Shown in pieces: positions 15,401 through 26,877 of a DNA stretch of 64,000 nucleotides. The stretch spans positions 35,474,304 to 35,538,303 of the forward strand of contig NC_092671.1 of the NCBI RefSeq assembly GCF_964355755.1, written 5' to 3'. Both the position numbers and the translations under genes were made by a program. The notes under the pieces were generated by a model, which saw only the letters and a program-made list of their open reading frames with translations, did not search any database and was not told where the DNA came from. Each line of letters opens with the position of its first letter. Positions within the stretch are counted from its first letter, which is position 1. This DNA is from Antedon mediterranea. Lineage: Eukaryota; Animalia; Echinodermata.

Positions 15401-18400
15401 TAAAAGGAGAGTCATTTTTAAAATTGACAATACTTCACTGGAGGACTCGCAAATGGAATCGTCAAACTATTAATGTACCATAAAATATATTTATTAATTT
15501 ATTCCCAACAGATGTTCAGTCAGTTCAACAGGTTGAAAAAGTGCCAACAATATATAGAATGCTAATTCAACAAATCGCAAATTAAATTAAAAATTCACAG
15601 CATTGAATTACTCCATATGATACTATATGTACTATAATTCCATACATGCTCAATTACCACATGTCTTAGGGCTATGTACATACTGTTCATGTCATTAAAT
15701 ACGCAAAAATGTATAAACAAGCCAGAGAAAGAATTAGGACTTCAGTTTATTGAATTCACTGGACGTTTTTATATGGTATTTTACAGGCCCTACCACATAT
15801 AGTAAAACCCCTATTGAGGGGACAAACTAGTTGCATAATATCTATGAGTGCTTACTGGCTAAACCCCCAGGGGCCCCAGAGCATGAGCAGTCTAGGCCAA
15901 TTAGGAATGCTAAACCAAGGGCCTTTTCCCTGTCCGTTACACTGGGCCCAGGCAACAAACTTTTATAGGGATGTCTCATAAATAGGCGTTGGCATACAGT
16001 AGTACTAGTGTCAAAACATACAGTAATTACCTTTATTCATTTCACAGGAAAAAGCCTGTTTAATAGGGATGTCCCCTGAATGGAGATGTCCCTACCCTAC
16101 TGTACATTATAATTACATAACATCTAATACTACATATTTGATTCAAATACTTGAATATAGTCACATTAATCGATTTTTGATATTATGGACATTAATAATA
16201 TACGAACAAATACTCGAATATAGTCCCACCAATAGGTTTTAGATACCATGGACCTTAATAAAATACAAACAAATGATTGAATATAGTCCCACCAATCGAT
16301 TTTTAATACCAAGGACCATAAACTTAACATACCTTTTTGTATGTAACTTCTCCCATCTCGTCCACCCGTCTGTGACCAATCTTCTTCTCCTTTTGAGTGC
16401 CATCTCTGGTTATGCCAGCACTCTACATAAAAAAACACAATTATAGATCATTAATAATCTAAATATTGCTAATACTATTAGTACTTGCAAGTGAAACCCA
16501 CTAAAAATGTAAATATTGTATGAAGACTATTAAAGCCTTGTCTACACTATCAAACTTCATGCAACAAAAACATATGGACATGATGATGTCAGATCACTAC
16601 CATATTTGACCATATCACAACCATATTTGGGCACTTTTTTTGTCAAACTAGTTTGATAGTGTAGACAGAGTTTTATTCCACCAAGGTATGCATCTAAAGG
16701 TATAACGGATAGTTATTGTTTATTGGCTGTACTGTACGTATAAATAATCACTATTCTACATCTATTATTATTATCATTATTAAATAACCACTGTAAATAA
16801 TCATTGTACATATTTTATAATTAATAATTGTTTTTTTGTAAATGATGGTTAGTCCTGTACGGTACACGTTATTATGGTTATCATTATTATGACTAAAACA
16901 TTCTTATGATTTATGACCACTTTCCTTCTAATCTTAACCACACATAACTCACCCGAACTATAATGCAGGAATATATTTCTAAATACAATTCTACTATTGT
17001 GTATGTTTTTCTGTCCCAGAGACTTTTAAAGTTTCCAAGCATAGGAGTTGGCCGCTTTCAGATTTGAACTGTATTATGAAAGCCTCAGTGGTCTAATGGT
17101 AAGTCTACATACCAAGCAGAAGATACCTGGTTCCATTTCCAAGAAAGCATATCAGAATTTGTAAAATTCCAGGGTAATTCAGGGAAAAACCCATTTCAAA
17201 TAAAAAAAAAATCTTTCAGGTTTCACAAATTTTCTTTCGCTTTTAAGTATGGCTAGTACACAGTACAAATTAATCATTCGACCAATACAGGAAATATACT
17301 GACTAAATAAACATAACATCCTATTGCGCCAACCAACATTTTTTGATTCGTCATATGCTCACTTTGTATGTTTAAAACAATAATAATATCCTGGATTTAT
17401 ATAGCGCCTAATGTTGTGAAACCTTTAAGCACTGAATATTATTACCCGAGTAATTTGTGTTTGTTTTTGGGATCAAACACGTACAGTATGGAAACATACT
17501 CCCATAATAATGCAGCTAGTAATCAGCGCAAAGTTGTGTCTTGATCTAACCGGTACCCATTTATACACCTGGGTGGAGAGAGGCAAACATAAGTAAAGTA
17601 TCTTGCCTAAGGATACAAGCAATGCAGCGAGACTTGGGTTCGAACCTTGATTTCACGATCAGTAGTCGGACGTCCCACACACTGCGCCACACGCCCTCAC
17701 AATGACGTATAGTTACTATACTTTTCTATGCCACAAGTTTTTCATATTATTTATATCTAATATTAACTAAGTAATAGGCTCTGATCTTTTAACAAATATT
17801 CTTTGTAATGTAAAGTACTTTTCTGTGAACATTATTCATTATTTCTTTTTATTTGTTTATTAAAAAAATGTTTGTTTGTTTATAGGGTCTTGTAACATAT
17901 TTGTGTATATTGATCTGTGAAATTTTTATTGTGTTATGTAAATCCCAAGCAATTCAGTTTCTTTTCTGTGATTTGTGGATATATTAAAATAAATAATAAT
18001 AAACTATTTTAAATTATTTATATCTTATTAACTGATAGGCTCTGATCTTTTTTGCACATTTTCTCTGTAATTGTACTGTACTTCTTACTGTGTTATCTGT
18101 ATTATTTTTAGTTATTTATAAAAAAATGTTTGTTTGTTTATAGGGTCATCTTCTGAAAAACTATTGTACTTCTTGACATGACCCTGACTATATATATAAA
18201 CTGTACTGTAAACATACTTAATCAGTCAAAATATATGTTGATTTAAACAATAAACATATCAACAAATTTAGTGTCATTAGTGTACTGTCAGTTCAGTGTG
18301 TGCATATTGTATATTTTTATTTATTTATTTTTATTTTATATATTTAGGCAAATTGCCAAGGATAACCATAAGCAAATTCAATCACTATCCTTCTTAAAGG

Positions 18401-21400
18401 TGGCAATCCGTTCACGAGACAAACATATACACACAATGCTCTACATAAACAAAGTCTTTATTACAAGTCTTTGGGAGTGGAGTTGTAAATTGTCATTAGA
18501 AAAAATCCTGACATATGACAGGACTTGAACCCAGGACCCTTGGATTGGCAGCCAAGCATCATAACCACCAGGCCACAACTCCACTCCATATGTTGGAAAG
18601 ATAAACCCTGATAGGCCTTGGTTTTCCTAAAATATGTGTGTATAAAACTCTGTCTACACTATCAAACTAGTTCATTCTTTCATGAGTGGAAAATTTCTAT
18701 TTTATTGACAAAAAATATGTGATGTGTCCAAATATGGTAGTGATATGCCCAAATACAGTAGTAATATGACATCATCATGTCCATATATGGCCTCATCATT
18801 TTTTTTGTGCCCAACATATAGTTTGATATACAGAGCGTTACATTTTTGTCCTTTGCTTCACCACAAAACACTGCAAGCCTCAACAAAATGTTATCAAATT
18901 AATATTTTGTCAATGTTTTATTTACATTACAGTATATAATATTATAAAGTACCATAGAGCAGTATTTATCATTTTTTATGTAATTCTCATTATGTGAAAC
19001 AAATTATGAGAGCTTATGAGGCAATTATAATCAAAATGTAATAAAAGTTGATGCAAGAGTATGTGTGTGTGCCAATTATGTAATGTTTCATACTACACAC
19101 TGTATAAAAACAACATGGTATACTTTACTATTATTGATGTAATGATAAGGAACTATTCACATTTTAATTTCATAAGTTTCAGGACAATTTTGTTTATACA
19201 ATACAACATAAAACATATCCTTAAAATTCAATCTAAAGCTCTGTCTACATTATCCAACTAGGTAAAAAAAAAGTGTGATGTGCCCAAATATGGTAGTGAT
19301 GTGCCCAAAATTGGTAGCGATATGACATCATTGTGTCCATATTTTTTTGTAACATAAAGTTTGATAGTGTAGACAGAGCTTAAAACTAAATACCGGAATG
19401 TCCTTATCGTCCAAATCATGATAGAATATCATTCATTGTATTCTGTGTTTTAATTTTGCTTTTCTTTTATTATTTCTATATAACTAAAAAATATTCTTAT
19501 AACCAGTGTTACTAATAATAGTAGTATTATATTATTAAGTGATTTATTTTCAAATAATCCCCATCAAAATGACTACAATCAATTTAAAATCAAACTTAAA
19601 TTTAAAACTAGACTGTTCTTAGGGACATTCTCAAATAAAAAAAAAACATTTAAGAGGGGAAAATGGAGATTTTTTTTACAGAGGCCTCTTCTTGGCGTTT
19701 GACTTGAATCATGTGCTAAGGTGCGGATTTAGGCGAGGGCTCAACAGGCTTTAGGCCCCCCCCCCCCCTAAAATGTAACAACCATGTCTCTTTAAAATAA
19801 AATAATGACTGTATAATGAATAATGATTTTTTCAGCAACCCAACGGGTCGTTTTTATCATTTATGAAATATTTGGCCCTCCACCCCCTAATCTATAATGC
19901 TGGATTCCCCCTTGGTACTAACCGGCCAGTTATGACAAATCAAAATAAATAAATTTCTGTGGGAAACATGTGACTTTTTGAAAGGTAGTTCAGTTATTCC
20001 ATATGCTACATTTAACATTTTAACGTCTATGTTTTTGTTTCAATTTCAATGGAATAGGTCATCATTAACAAAGCAGCCAGCAAATAATGGATTACATTCT
20101 TAAGTGTTGCCATGAAATGACACTATCATCAGTTGAATTAACCATCAGTAGTTACATTCTACCCTTAAACATTATTGAAAACCTGGTATTATAAACAACG
20201 TATCCATCAACATGTCATCATACGTTGTTTCTCACACAGCATTGTCAAACAATGTTCATCATTGCACATTGTTTAAAGTAGCTCTGTCCATACTATCAAA
20301 TTAGTTTGACAAAAAAGTGTGATGTGCCCAAATATGGTAGTGATAAGACATCATCATGTCTATATATAGGCACATCACATTTTTTTGTCGCATAAAGTTT
20401 GATAGTGTAGAATAATGAATAAGGAATCCTTTGTTGCAAATAGCATTAATATGTACAATTCTAACATTCGTCGATAAATATTTGTTGTAATTTATTATTT
20501 TAAATTTTAATCGTTTAACAATATTTTACAGAGCCTATGGCGCTTTTAATAGTTTAAATAGTATTTTAACTTTTTAATAGTATTTTAACATTGGCATTTG
20601 CAATTTGATGTATTTTTGTTTTGTTGTTTCATTGTCTTAATTATTCCAAGCAAAAAAATTGAATCTTGAATGATTCAACTTTCAAAATTGTCAAACTATC
20701 TAGTCTTTTAAATGTATATGAGTGGTACATGAGTGAATACAAACATGAGGAGGGTTGATGTATGAATAACTGTTTATGTTTTTACAGTCAATTAAAATTT
20801 ATATAATCTAATCAATATTTCAATGTTTTTAAATACTTGCATATTTTTCAATGTTATTTTTGTCTGTACTTTATTGTTTTTACAAATAATATACCGTAAA
20901 ACCTCGAAAAGAAGCCCATGGGCTTAAACCTCGAAAAGAAGCCCATCTCGAAAAGAAGCCCCCTCTACAGTTTGCAAAAGTACTCTCAAAAAGAAGTCCA
21001 TCTCGAAATGAAGCCCCCTGGCACTAAAAAAAGAACCTTTTCGAGGTTTTACGGTATTAACTCTTATATTGTACTCATTTTATTTGTATTTTGTTTTATT
21101 ATACTGTACAGTATCTTTTACACTCCCTCCCTCAACAGAAGCTTTTGAAAAAACACACAGTAGTGAACGTTACAAAACATTGTACTTTACATAAATACAA
21201 AATACTTACCTCAGACGACAATGATTTACTCTTCAATTTTGCAACTGATCATAAAAAGAAAAAGTTAGACACAATAAACCCAAACAAATCATCATATAAA
21301 TATTAATACAGAATGGGAATGAAAATTGGCTATAGAACATATTATATAATTTCTTATAATTTCATACATTTAGTCTCAAAATGTGCTTTCTACAGTAGCT

Positions 21401-21598
21401 ATGCTAGTTAACAACACAACCATGAACTGGTAAAGATTTGATTGATAACAATTGGTTCCCATATTTTATTTTAGGCCCTACATCCAAATTTTATTTTAGG
21501 CCCTACGTCCCAATTTTATTTTAGGCTCTACCTCCCAATTTTATTTTAGGCCTACCTCCTGCTGCTGATGATTGATTTCCAGTGGTTGCCGTGGCCAT
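459..21598 (-). CDS. PIP5K1: Type I phosphatidylinositol-4-phosphate 5-kinase; 14 coding exons in the window, 3' end lies beyond position 1
   Basis: Phase-consistent GT-AG exons: 21556-21598 (MATATTGNQ), 21210-21244, 16333-16422 ([18 protein letters not shown]), 14112-14242 ([30 protein letters not shown]), 13153-13270 ([21 protein letters not shown]), 9484-9636 ([24 protein letters not shown]), 8026-8325 ([30 protein letters not shown]), 7332-7409 (KIMDYSLL), 6930-7162, 5366-5449 (GIIDILQ), 5038-5171 ([29 protein letters not shown]), 1765-1944, 1055-1241, 459-531. All hallmark PIPK motifs are present, including the type-I activation loop. Confidence 0.96.
3052..3679. mobile_element. ~630-bp TIR element (Harbinger-like)
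   Basis: aaggccaatttatacagacgagcggt ... accgcttgtctgtgttaattggtcctt imperfect inverted termini. Confidence 0.55.
5528..5862 (-). mobile_element. SINE family 1 copy (tail A, 5'-truncated)
   Basis: Near-identical reverse complement of ~46050-46362. Confidence 0.85.
6535..6855 (-). mobile_element. SINE family 1 copy (tail B)
   Basis: Same head and body as the 46012 copy but a different 3' tail (ggagaccagtctttgactgaagagg..cccagtataaata). Confidence 0.8.
9174..9452 (+). mobile_element. SINE family 2 copy
   Basis: Colinear with the reverse complement of 18335-18590, with a short duplication in the head. Confidence 0.8.
10912..12135. repeat. ~1.2-kb minisatellite of a ~17-bp unit (cacctattaaggggaca) in a PIP5K1 intron
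   Basis: Dozens of visible units; a ~170-bp block at ~11341 recurs 491 bp later. Confidence 0.95.
14686..14718 (+). ncRNA. Minimal type I hammerhead ribozyme motif (Penelope-like remnant extending to ~14860)
   Basis: CTGATGA-A-GGGC-tagtatt-GCCC-GAAAG-CTC. A second, truncated copy lies on the minus strand at ~7190-7316. Confidence 0.65.
17378..17700 (-). mobile_element. tRNA-derived SINE family 3 (CORE/V-like body, L2-like tail)
   Basis: TGGCGCAGTG A box, GGTTCGAACCC B box, tccttaggcaag..ctctccacccaggtgtataaatgggtacc body, gcgctatataaat..tattattatt end. Confidence 0.7.
18335..18590 (-). mobile_element. tRNA-derived SINE family 2
   Basis: A box TGGCCTGGTGG, B box GGTTCAAGTCC, A-rich tail; further copies at 9174-9452 and 47091-47275. 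Confidence 0.8.
19237..19380. mobile_element. PIF/Harbinger-type MITE, representative of the most abundant family (~20 copies)
   Basis: TIR AGCTCTGTCTACACTATCAAACT and 3-bp TAA TSD here, at 8515-8664 and at 57938-58088. Other copies at about 565-755, 2072-2234, 9698-9831, 16534-16672, 18646-18837, 20280-20411, 25536-25641, 27130-27275, 28081-28251, 33332-33410, 34354-34492, 34932-35075, 41425-41536, 50557-50699, 51384-51527, 59038-59140, 60365-60903. Confidence 0.88.
20894..21054. mobile_element. Tc1/mariner-pogo-type MITE
   Basis: TA|CCGTAAAACCTCGAAAAG ... CTTTTCGAGGTTTTACGG|TA, with internal repeats of ctcgaaaagaagccc. Confidence 0.85.
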
Positions 21599-21794
21599 CG
21601 TGAACTATATTAATATCGTGGTCTACTCTGCAGTCAGCTGGCACAAAATATACCTGTCTAGACTAAAGAAAACGCGAAAATAATAGACCTAGACAAACAG
21701 TTATTTTAATATATACAGTGATTATTTACAGTAATGCTATAAACTAATAAATATAGAATAGTGACTATTAATACTATAACTAGTAGGATTAGGC

Positions 21795-22578
21795 CAAGTT
21801 GAGCCGCCGCCAGAAAAACGTTATTTTCTATGAAACGCCAAATGCTAACTTTCGCCGGTGCTCGTTTTTTATTTAATAGAAGTTCTATTTTTATTAGGGA
21901 TAACAAAGTTTATATATCACACTTTTTAGTATAGTATTAAATATTACAATTTAAAGAAATAACAATAGGTGATCATTTTATTCTAAATGATCACCTAATA
22001 ATATGAAAATCTGACTTGTACTTGTAGATTCCAAAATATAAGACCTAAAACATCACCGAAAATGATCGTTTTTAGCCAAAAATGACGTAAACATGTTGCC
22101 CCCTCAGGTTAAATAATTACATAAAATCACCGTTTTTTAGTTTTAGGAAAATATTTTGTGTATTAAAATTGTAAAATTCAATAAAATATGATATTAAAAG
22201 ATAGTAAATAAAAGATATTAATTATTTAACATCATTTTAAGAATATCAATACTCTATTAGTCTTTGTGTAGGCCTACGCGTCCACACGAGAAAAAATATA
22301 GAGTGCATGGCATTTTTACCTTGAAAGATTAAAAACAATTAAATTATTAAATATGACTACTTTCCTTTGCTGTGTTGTTGTTGTTATTGTTATGGTGGTT
22401 CAAACCAACATTGTAGTATGTAAATTACTGTATATATATTCTTTATATTCATGAAAAAATAAGACCATGAACTTATGTACAAGTACTACTACTAGGACAC
22501 CACTCTATCACTACGCGAAATGTCGTAAAAGACGCACTGGGCGTTTCATAGAAATTACCGGCGGCTCAACCGGTCAAT
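21795..22578. mobile_element. ~800-bp TIR element; another left end of the same family at 63943-64000
   Basis: gttgagccgccg..tttctatgaaacgcc at the left and ggcgtttcatagaaa..cggcggctcaac at the right. Confidence 0.65.
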
Positions 22579-22942
22579 GCCCTCTAGTTAGGTTAGGCCC
22601 TACCTACTATACAGGGTTAGTAAAAAAATAACACTGTAATAATTATTGAACAAAAAATTGAAGTTGAAAAATAAAATGATTCATTAGAGGTCTACAATAA
22701 ATCAACTTAAAAGATAAATACATATACTAGTGTAAGTATCAAAAGTAGTATACTAGCCTCTAGTAGGCCTAGCTAGGGTCGCGGCTAAGGACAATGCACC
22801 GGCACTGCGGCCGACAATGTTGAGAAGACGCTGTCAGCACCCGGCTTAAAAACACAATCAGCCTTCTTGGCGGCTAGGCCTACGAATTATCCACAAATTT
22901 GTAACACAGTGTTTACAATCAATTAACTAAACCCATTCTTAC

Positions 22943-23085
22943 CAGTTAAACGCAATGAAGTTGTCAAATGTAAGTTTACAAACAAGTAAATATCAAAGTA
23001 ATATCATAAAAATGACATTTTTATTATAAAATAATGGGTGTTTCTCTTCTTTTTCGTCAATCACTTTTGATCCGGAACTTATTCT
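22943..23085 (-). other. Probable non-coding first exon / promoter of PIP5K1
   Basis: GTAAG donor on the minus strand at 22938-22942; acceptor for the ATG-containing exon at 21663-21664; CCGGAA ETS-like motif near 23072. The transcription start itself cannot be seen. Confidence 0.45.
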
Positions 23086-23943
23086 TATGGAAAAAATAAT
23101 CATAAACATGTATATGTTGCGCCCTCTATAGTTTATAGACAGCAACATTAAACAAGATCCATGCGAAAGCCGCGGTTCATACTAATCTACGCCCGGTTGG
23201 TTTTTAGGATATAAAATATATCAAGTATATTCTAAAATTATATCTTATAATGTTATTGCTATAATTAATTGTTTTAATTGTTACATTTTGAATGTCAAAA
23301 TACTGATTAGATTTATCCGAAACTGAAGACCGCCCTCTGTGATAAGTGATTTTTTACTCTGGTGTAAAAGTATACGAAAACGCCAGCAGACACACGAGAA
23401 AGATTTCTTTTTCGTTTCAAATGTCAGTATAATGCAAAATAGTGCATCAGGTTGATTAACGTTCAACAAGGAAAATGTTTAGAAGTAAATGTCTTTGATA
23501 AACGTACCGACAGGTATCATTATTCAGGGCCAATTGTGCCAAAACTTCCAACTCTTTGCCGAAATGTTAATTTGAGTGAAAGGTGTATTAATTGAAATGA
23601 TTAATCAAATAATATGTCATACCCTCTCAATTAATAACACTAATAATACCTATATTCATATTTGAGTAGTACTTATCTTTATTTGATGATAGGTTTACAC
23701 AATAATGTTTCTCGTTAAATTTGAATTCCGTGGTTTCGCTTTCCAACAAAAAAAAAAACACAACTTTCAATTTTGTTTGTTAAAGTCTATTTCCTGTTAA
23801 CAGACTAAATGTTTTTGAAAGTAAAATTTCAACCATAAAAATCAATAAACGTAATTATCGACAATGTTGCTAAAATTATTTAGTAATCACTGAAAGATTA
23901 TTATAATAGGCTACTAACATCCTTCTAAAACAATCATCTTGAA

Positions 23944-25351
23944 ATGTATAAACCGTGGTGTTGCTGTTTTGGAAAAGAAAGCAAGAACACATCCTCCTCC
24001 CGCCGTCAGAACGAAGACAACACGGGTGCCGCAGATGGTGAGTTTGTGCTATAGAAAATGGCCTCATTAGCAAGAAAGTTTAGACTAGGCCTAAGCATTT
24101 TCCGGCAATAATTAACGCTTACAGTATCTATATAAACATAGGCCTAGGATATATTATCAACAGGTTGTTTATCGTTTCTAACAGTGAACTTGAAGTCCAT
24201 GAAAGGCCTATATAAAGCCGTTCGATGTGAGAGTGTTTAAAAACAAAAAACTCTGAATCAGAACAAATGTATATATTTAGGTATGCTGAATAATGAAACC
24301 GTAATAACAAAGTTTAAACAAACTGTTAGGCTATAGCCTACTCGAGTTTTTCGTCATTAGGATACACAGTTTTTTCAATTTTTGATAGGATACCAGTGCC
24401 AATTTGGTAAATATCATTGTTAATATCAATAAAATGATTAATTGTATTCATATGAGCAGGGAAGAGTGAAATTAATGTAGTTTCACTCTTCCCTGGTATA
24501 AGGTAGTTCAGCCTTCTCGCCGTGATCGTCTTGAGGAAAACTCTGACCTTTGCCCTTCAGACTAAATAATGCAGAGAGATGGACCAGAGACATTGTTTGA
24601 GGATTACATTACTGTGAAACAGGGATTAGTTTTTTAAAACATGATTAAGGTTATTCATACAAAAAATATGGTGACGTTCATCTTCTTGACGTAATCGTCT
24701 TGGGGAAAACTTTGACCTTTGCCCTTCAGACTATATAATGCAGAGAGATGGACCAGATACTATGTTGAGGAGTTACATTACTGTGACACAGGGATTAGTT
24801 TTTTAATACATGATTAAGGTTATTCATATAAATATGATGGCGGTATGAAGTTCAGCTTCCTCTCCGTGATCGTCTTGGGGAAAACTTTGACCTTTGCCCT
24901 TTAGACTAAATAATGCAGAGAGATGTACCAGACCATGGAGTTATAATTTGTAACTCCATGACCAGACGGATTTCATTACTGTGACACAGGGATGGTAGTT
25001 TGTTTAAAACGACACATTTATCAAGTTATTTTCCTTATTTTTGACTCTATAGATGCAACTGACCAGAGTGATTATGCTTCAACGATTTACGAGAATCCTA
25101 ATCAACGCCGATCTCAGCATCGTCGAGTGGTAAGCGAGCACGACTACGAAGTGCCAAAACATGTGTTAAGTAACCAGGAAAGCAAAGGAAAGAAAACCGA
25201 GAATGTGTATGATACGCCCAAACCATTTCTTAGAAGGCTTACATCAAGTATGAGAAAAAAACGTGGAAACAAACAAGTAAATACATACGAGTTCATCGAT
25301 TGTCAGAATAACGTAGAAAACGAATATCAGACAGTCGATGAATTAATGTGA
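23944..25351 (+). CDS. Unrecognised ~130-aa protein (paralog A): N-terminal Cys cluster plus multiple tyrosine motifs
   Basis: Exon 1 23944-24037 (MYKPWCCCFGKESKNTSSSRRQNEDNTGAAD, donor G|GTGAGT, phase 1) joins in frame to exon 2 25053-25351 (..DYASTIYENP..HDYEVP..ENVYDTPKPFLRRLTSSMRKKR..NTYEFI..ENEYQTVDELM*). Architecture and motifs are shared with the downstream paralog. Confidence 0.75.
24503..25030. repeat. Three tandem ~175-bp units in the intron of paralog A
   Basis: gatcgtcttg.ggaaaact.tgacctttgccctt.agacta.ataatgcagagagatg repeated at ~24525, ~24694 and ~24868. Confidence 0.85.
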
Positions 25352-26877
25352 GAATTACTAATAACATTTCTCACTTTATTATCAAACATAGAAAACAGTA
25401 TGATGGCATTAATTTTAGTCAGTCAAGTCTGTACTTAATTTTAATTTTTAAAATGTAGTATTTAATAGAAAATTATGATTTATTCATGAAACGAAGAATC
25501 GTTATTCAACATTGTAAAATAATTATATTTTCTAAAGCTCTGTCTACACTATCAAACTTTATGTGACAACAAATGTGCCCAATGGACATGATGACATATC
25601 ACATTTTTTGTCATATAAAGTTTGATAATGTAGACAGAGCTTTAGAGTTGCAAATATGTGTTAGGCCCTTTTGCCCGTGTTTGCAAACACATGCTCCATA
25701 ACGCCAAAATGTATTGTAGCCGGAGAAGCATTCTTTATGCTTAAGTTTATAGTTTTTTCTTTTTCTGTTTATAAGTTTATAAATATGGATGATATTTCCG
25801 AAATAAAAAGAAATTGAATTGAATTATTCAAGGAATTCAAACAACATATTATGCTTTAATATTCTGCCATTTGGGACGCAGTTGACACCCTGACGATAAA
25901 ATAAAGGTATTTTAGAATTGTCATTTATTCTTTATTGGTTATTTTTCACTATATATTAAGTCAAAAAATGTGAGAGACCAGGGCCAAGCAAAGTTAGCTG
26001 AGGGCATTGCTAACTAATATATGATCTAAGCTGTCACGTGGATGTTTTTTGTAGAAGCTGTGATTATGAATGTGTGTGGAGTTACAGCACTGGGAATCGG
26101 GTGTATGAACCGATTCTCAATACTGTATCTATTTCCGAAGGATCAAAAGAAAGAAAAGAAAGACAAAAGAAACGTTTTTATTTTAACCAAAAACCATTGT
26201 CTGAAAGAAAATTTAAATATGTTTTGCTTTAAATTACATTTTTTCAGGTAAATGATTTTTCTTTGCTCCAGTTTTTGGTCAAAGTTAATAACTAGTATGT
26301 GACATTAAAATAGCATATTAAAAAAATAGTTTTGGGGACGGGAAAATATATCTTTGAGGCGTTTAAAACATGTTGTTTGAGATGATTTTTTATTGACTAT
26401 TTATAATATGTTCTGTGTTGGTTAAATAGCCTATAAAATGAATGATAATAAATAAAAAAACTGTTTACACGAAAAGGAAATGTTTACCACTCAGATTAAT
26501 TAAATCAACTGAAAGTGCAACCATATACACAACTCTATAGATTTCTGTCCCGATTGGCACTCTACAGACAGGCAGCCATTCAATACATTGATGGACCTAT
26601 GATTCTCATAGTTTTACTTTCTGTGTGAAACACAGTTAGTTAGCAATATATAAGACTAAATAACTTCCTTATTAGAATATTTAATGTAACGTATTACTAA
26701 AAACAATTGATAACAAAATAAAGATATTTATAACTGGATTACCACAAGACTAGAATGTATTCCGACCTATACTAGAAGAATCGTTGCCATATTTATCATA
26801 TAGGGGCCTAGGCCTATTATGAAGAAACTCACTAACAGGAGTAGCCATCAAACAACCAACTAGCCGGCCTAAGTACG

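Noticed and set aside
18724-18939. Short ORFs containing [15 protein letters not shown] (also 28020, 50445)
   Set aside because: Chance reading frames across the abundant Harbinger-type MITE.
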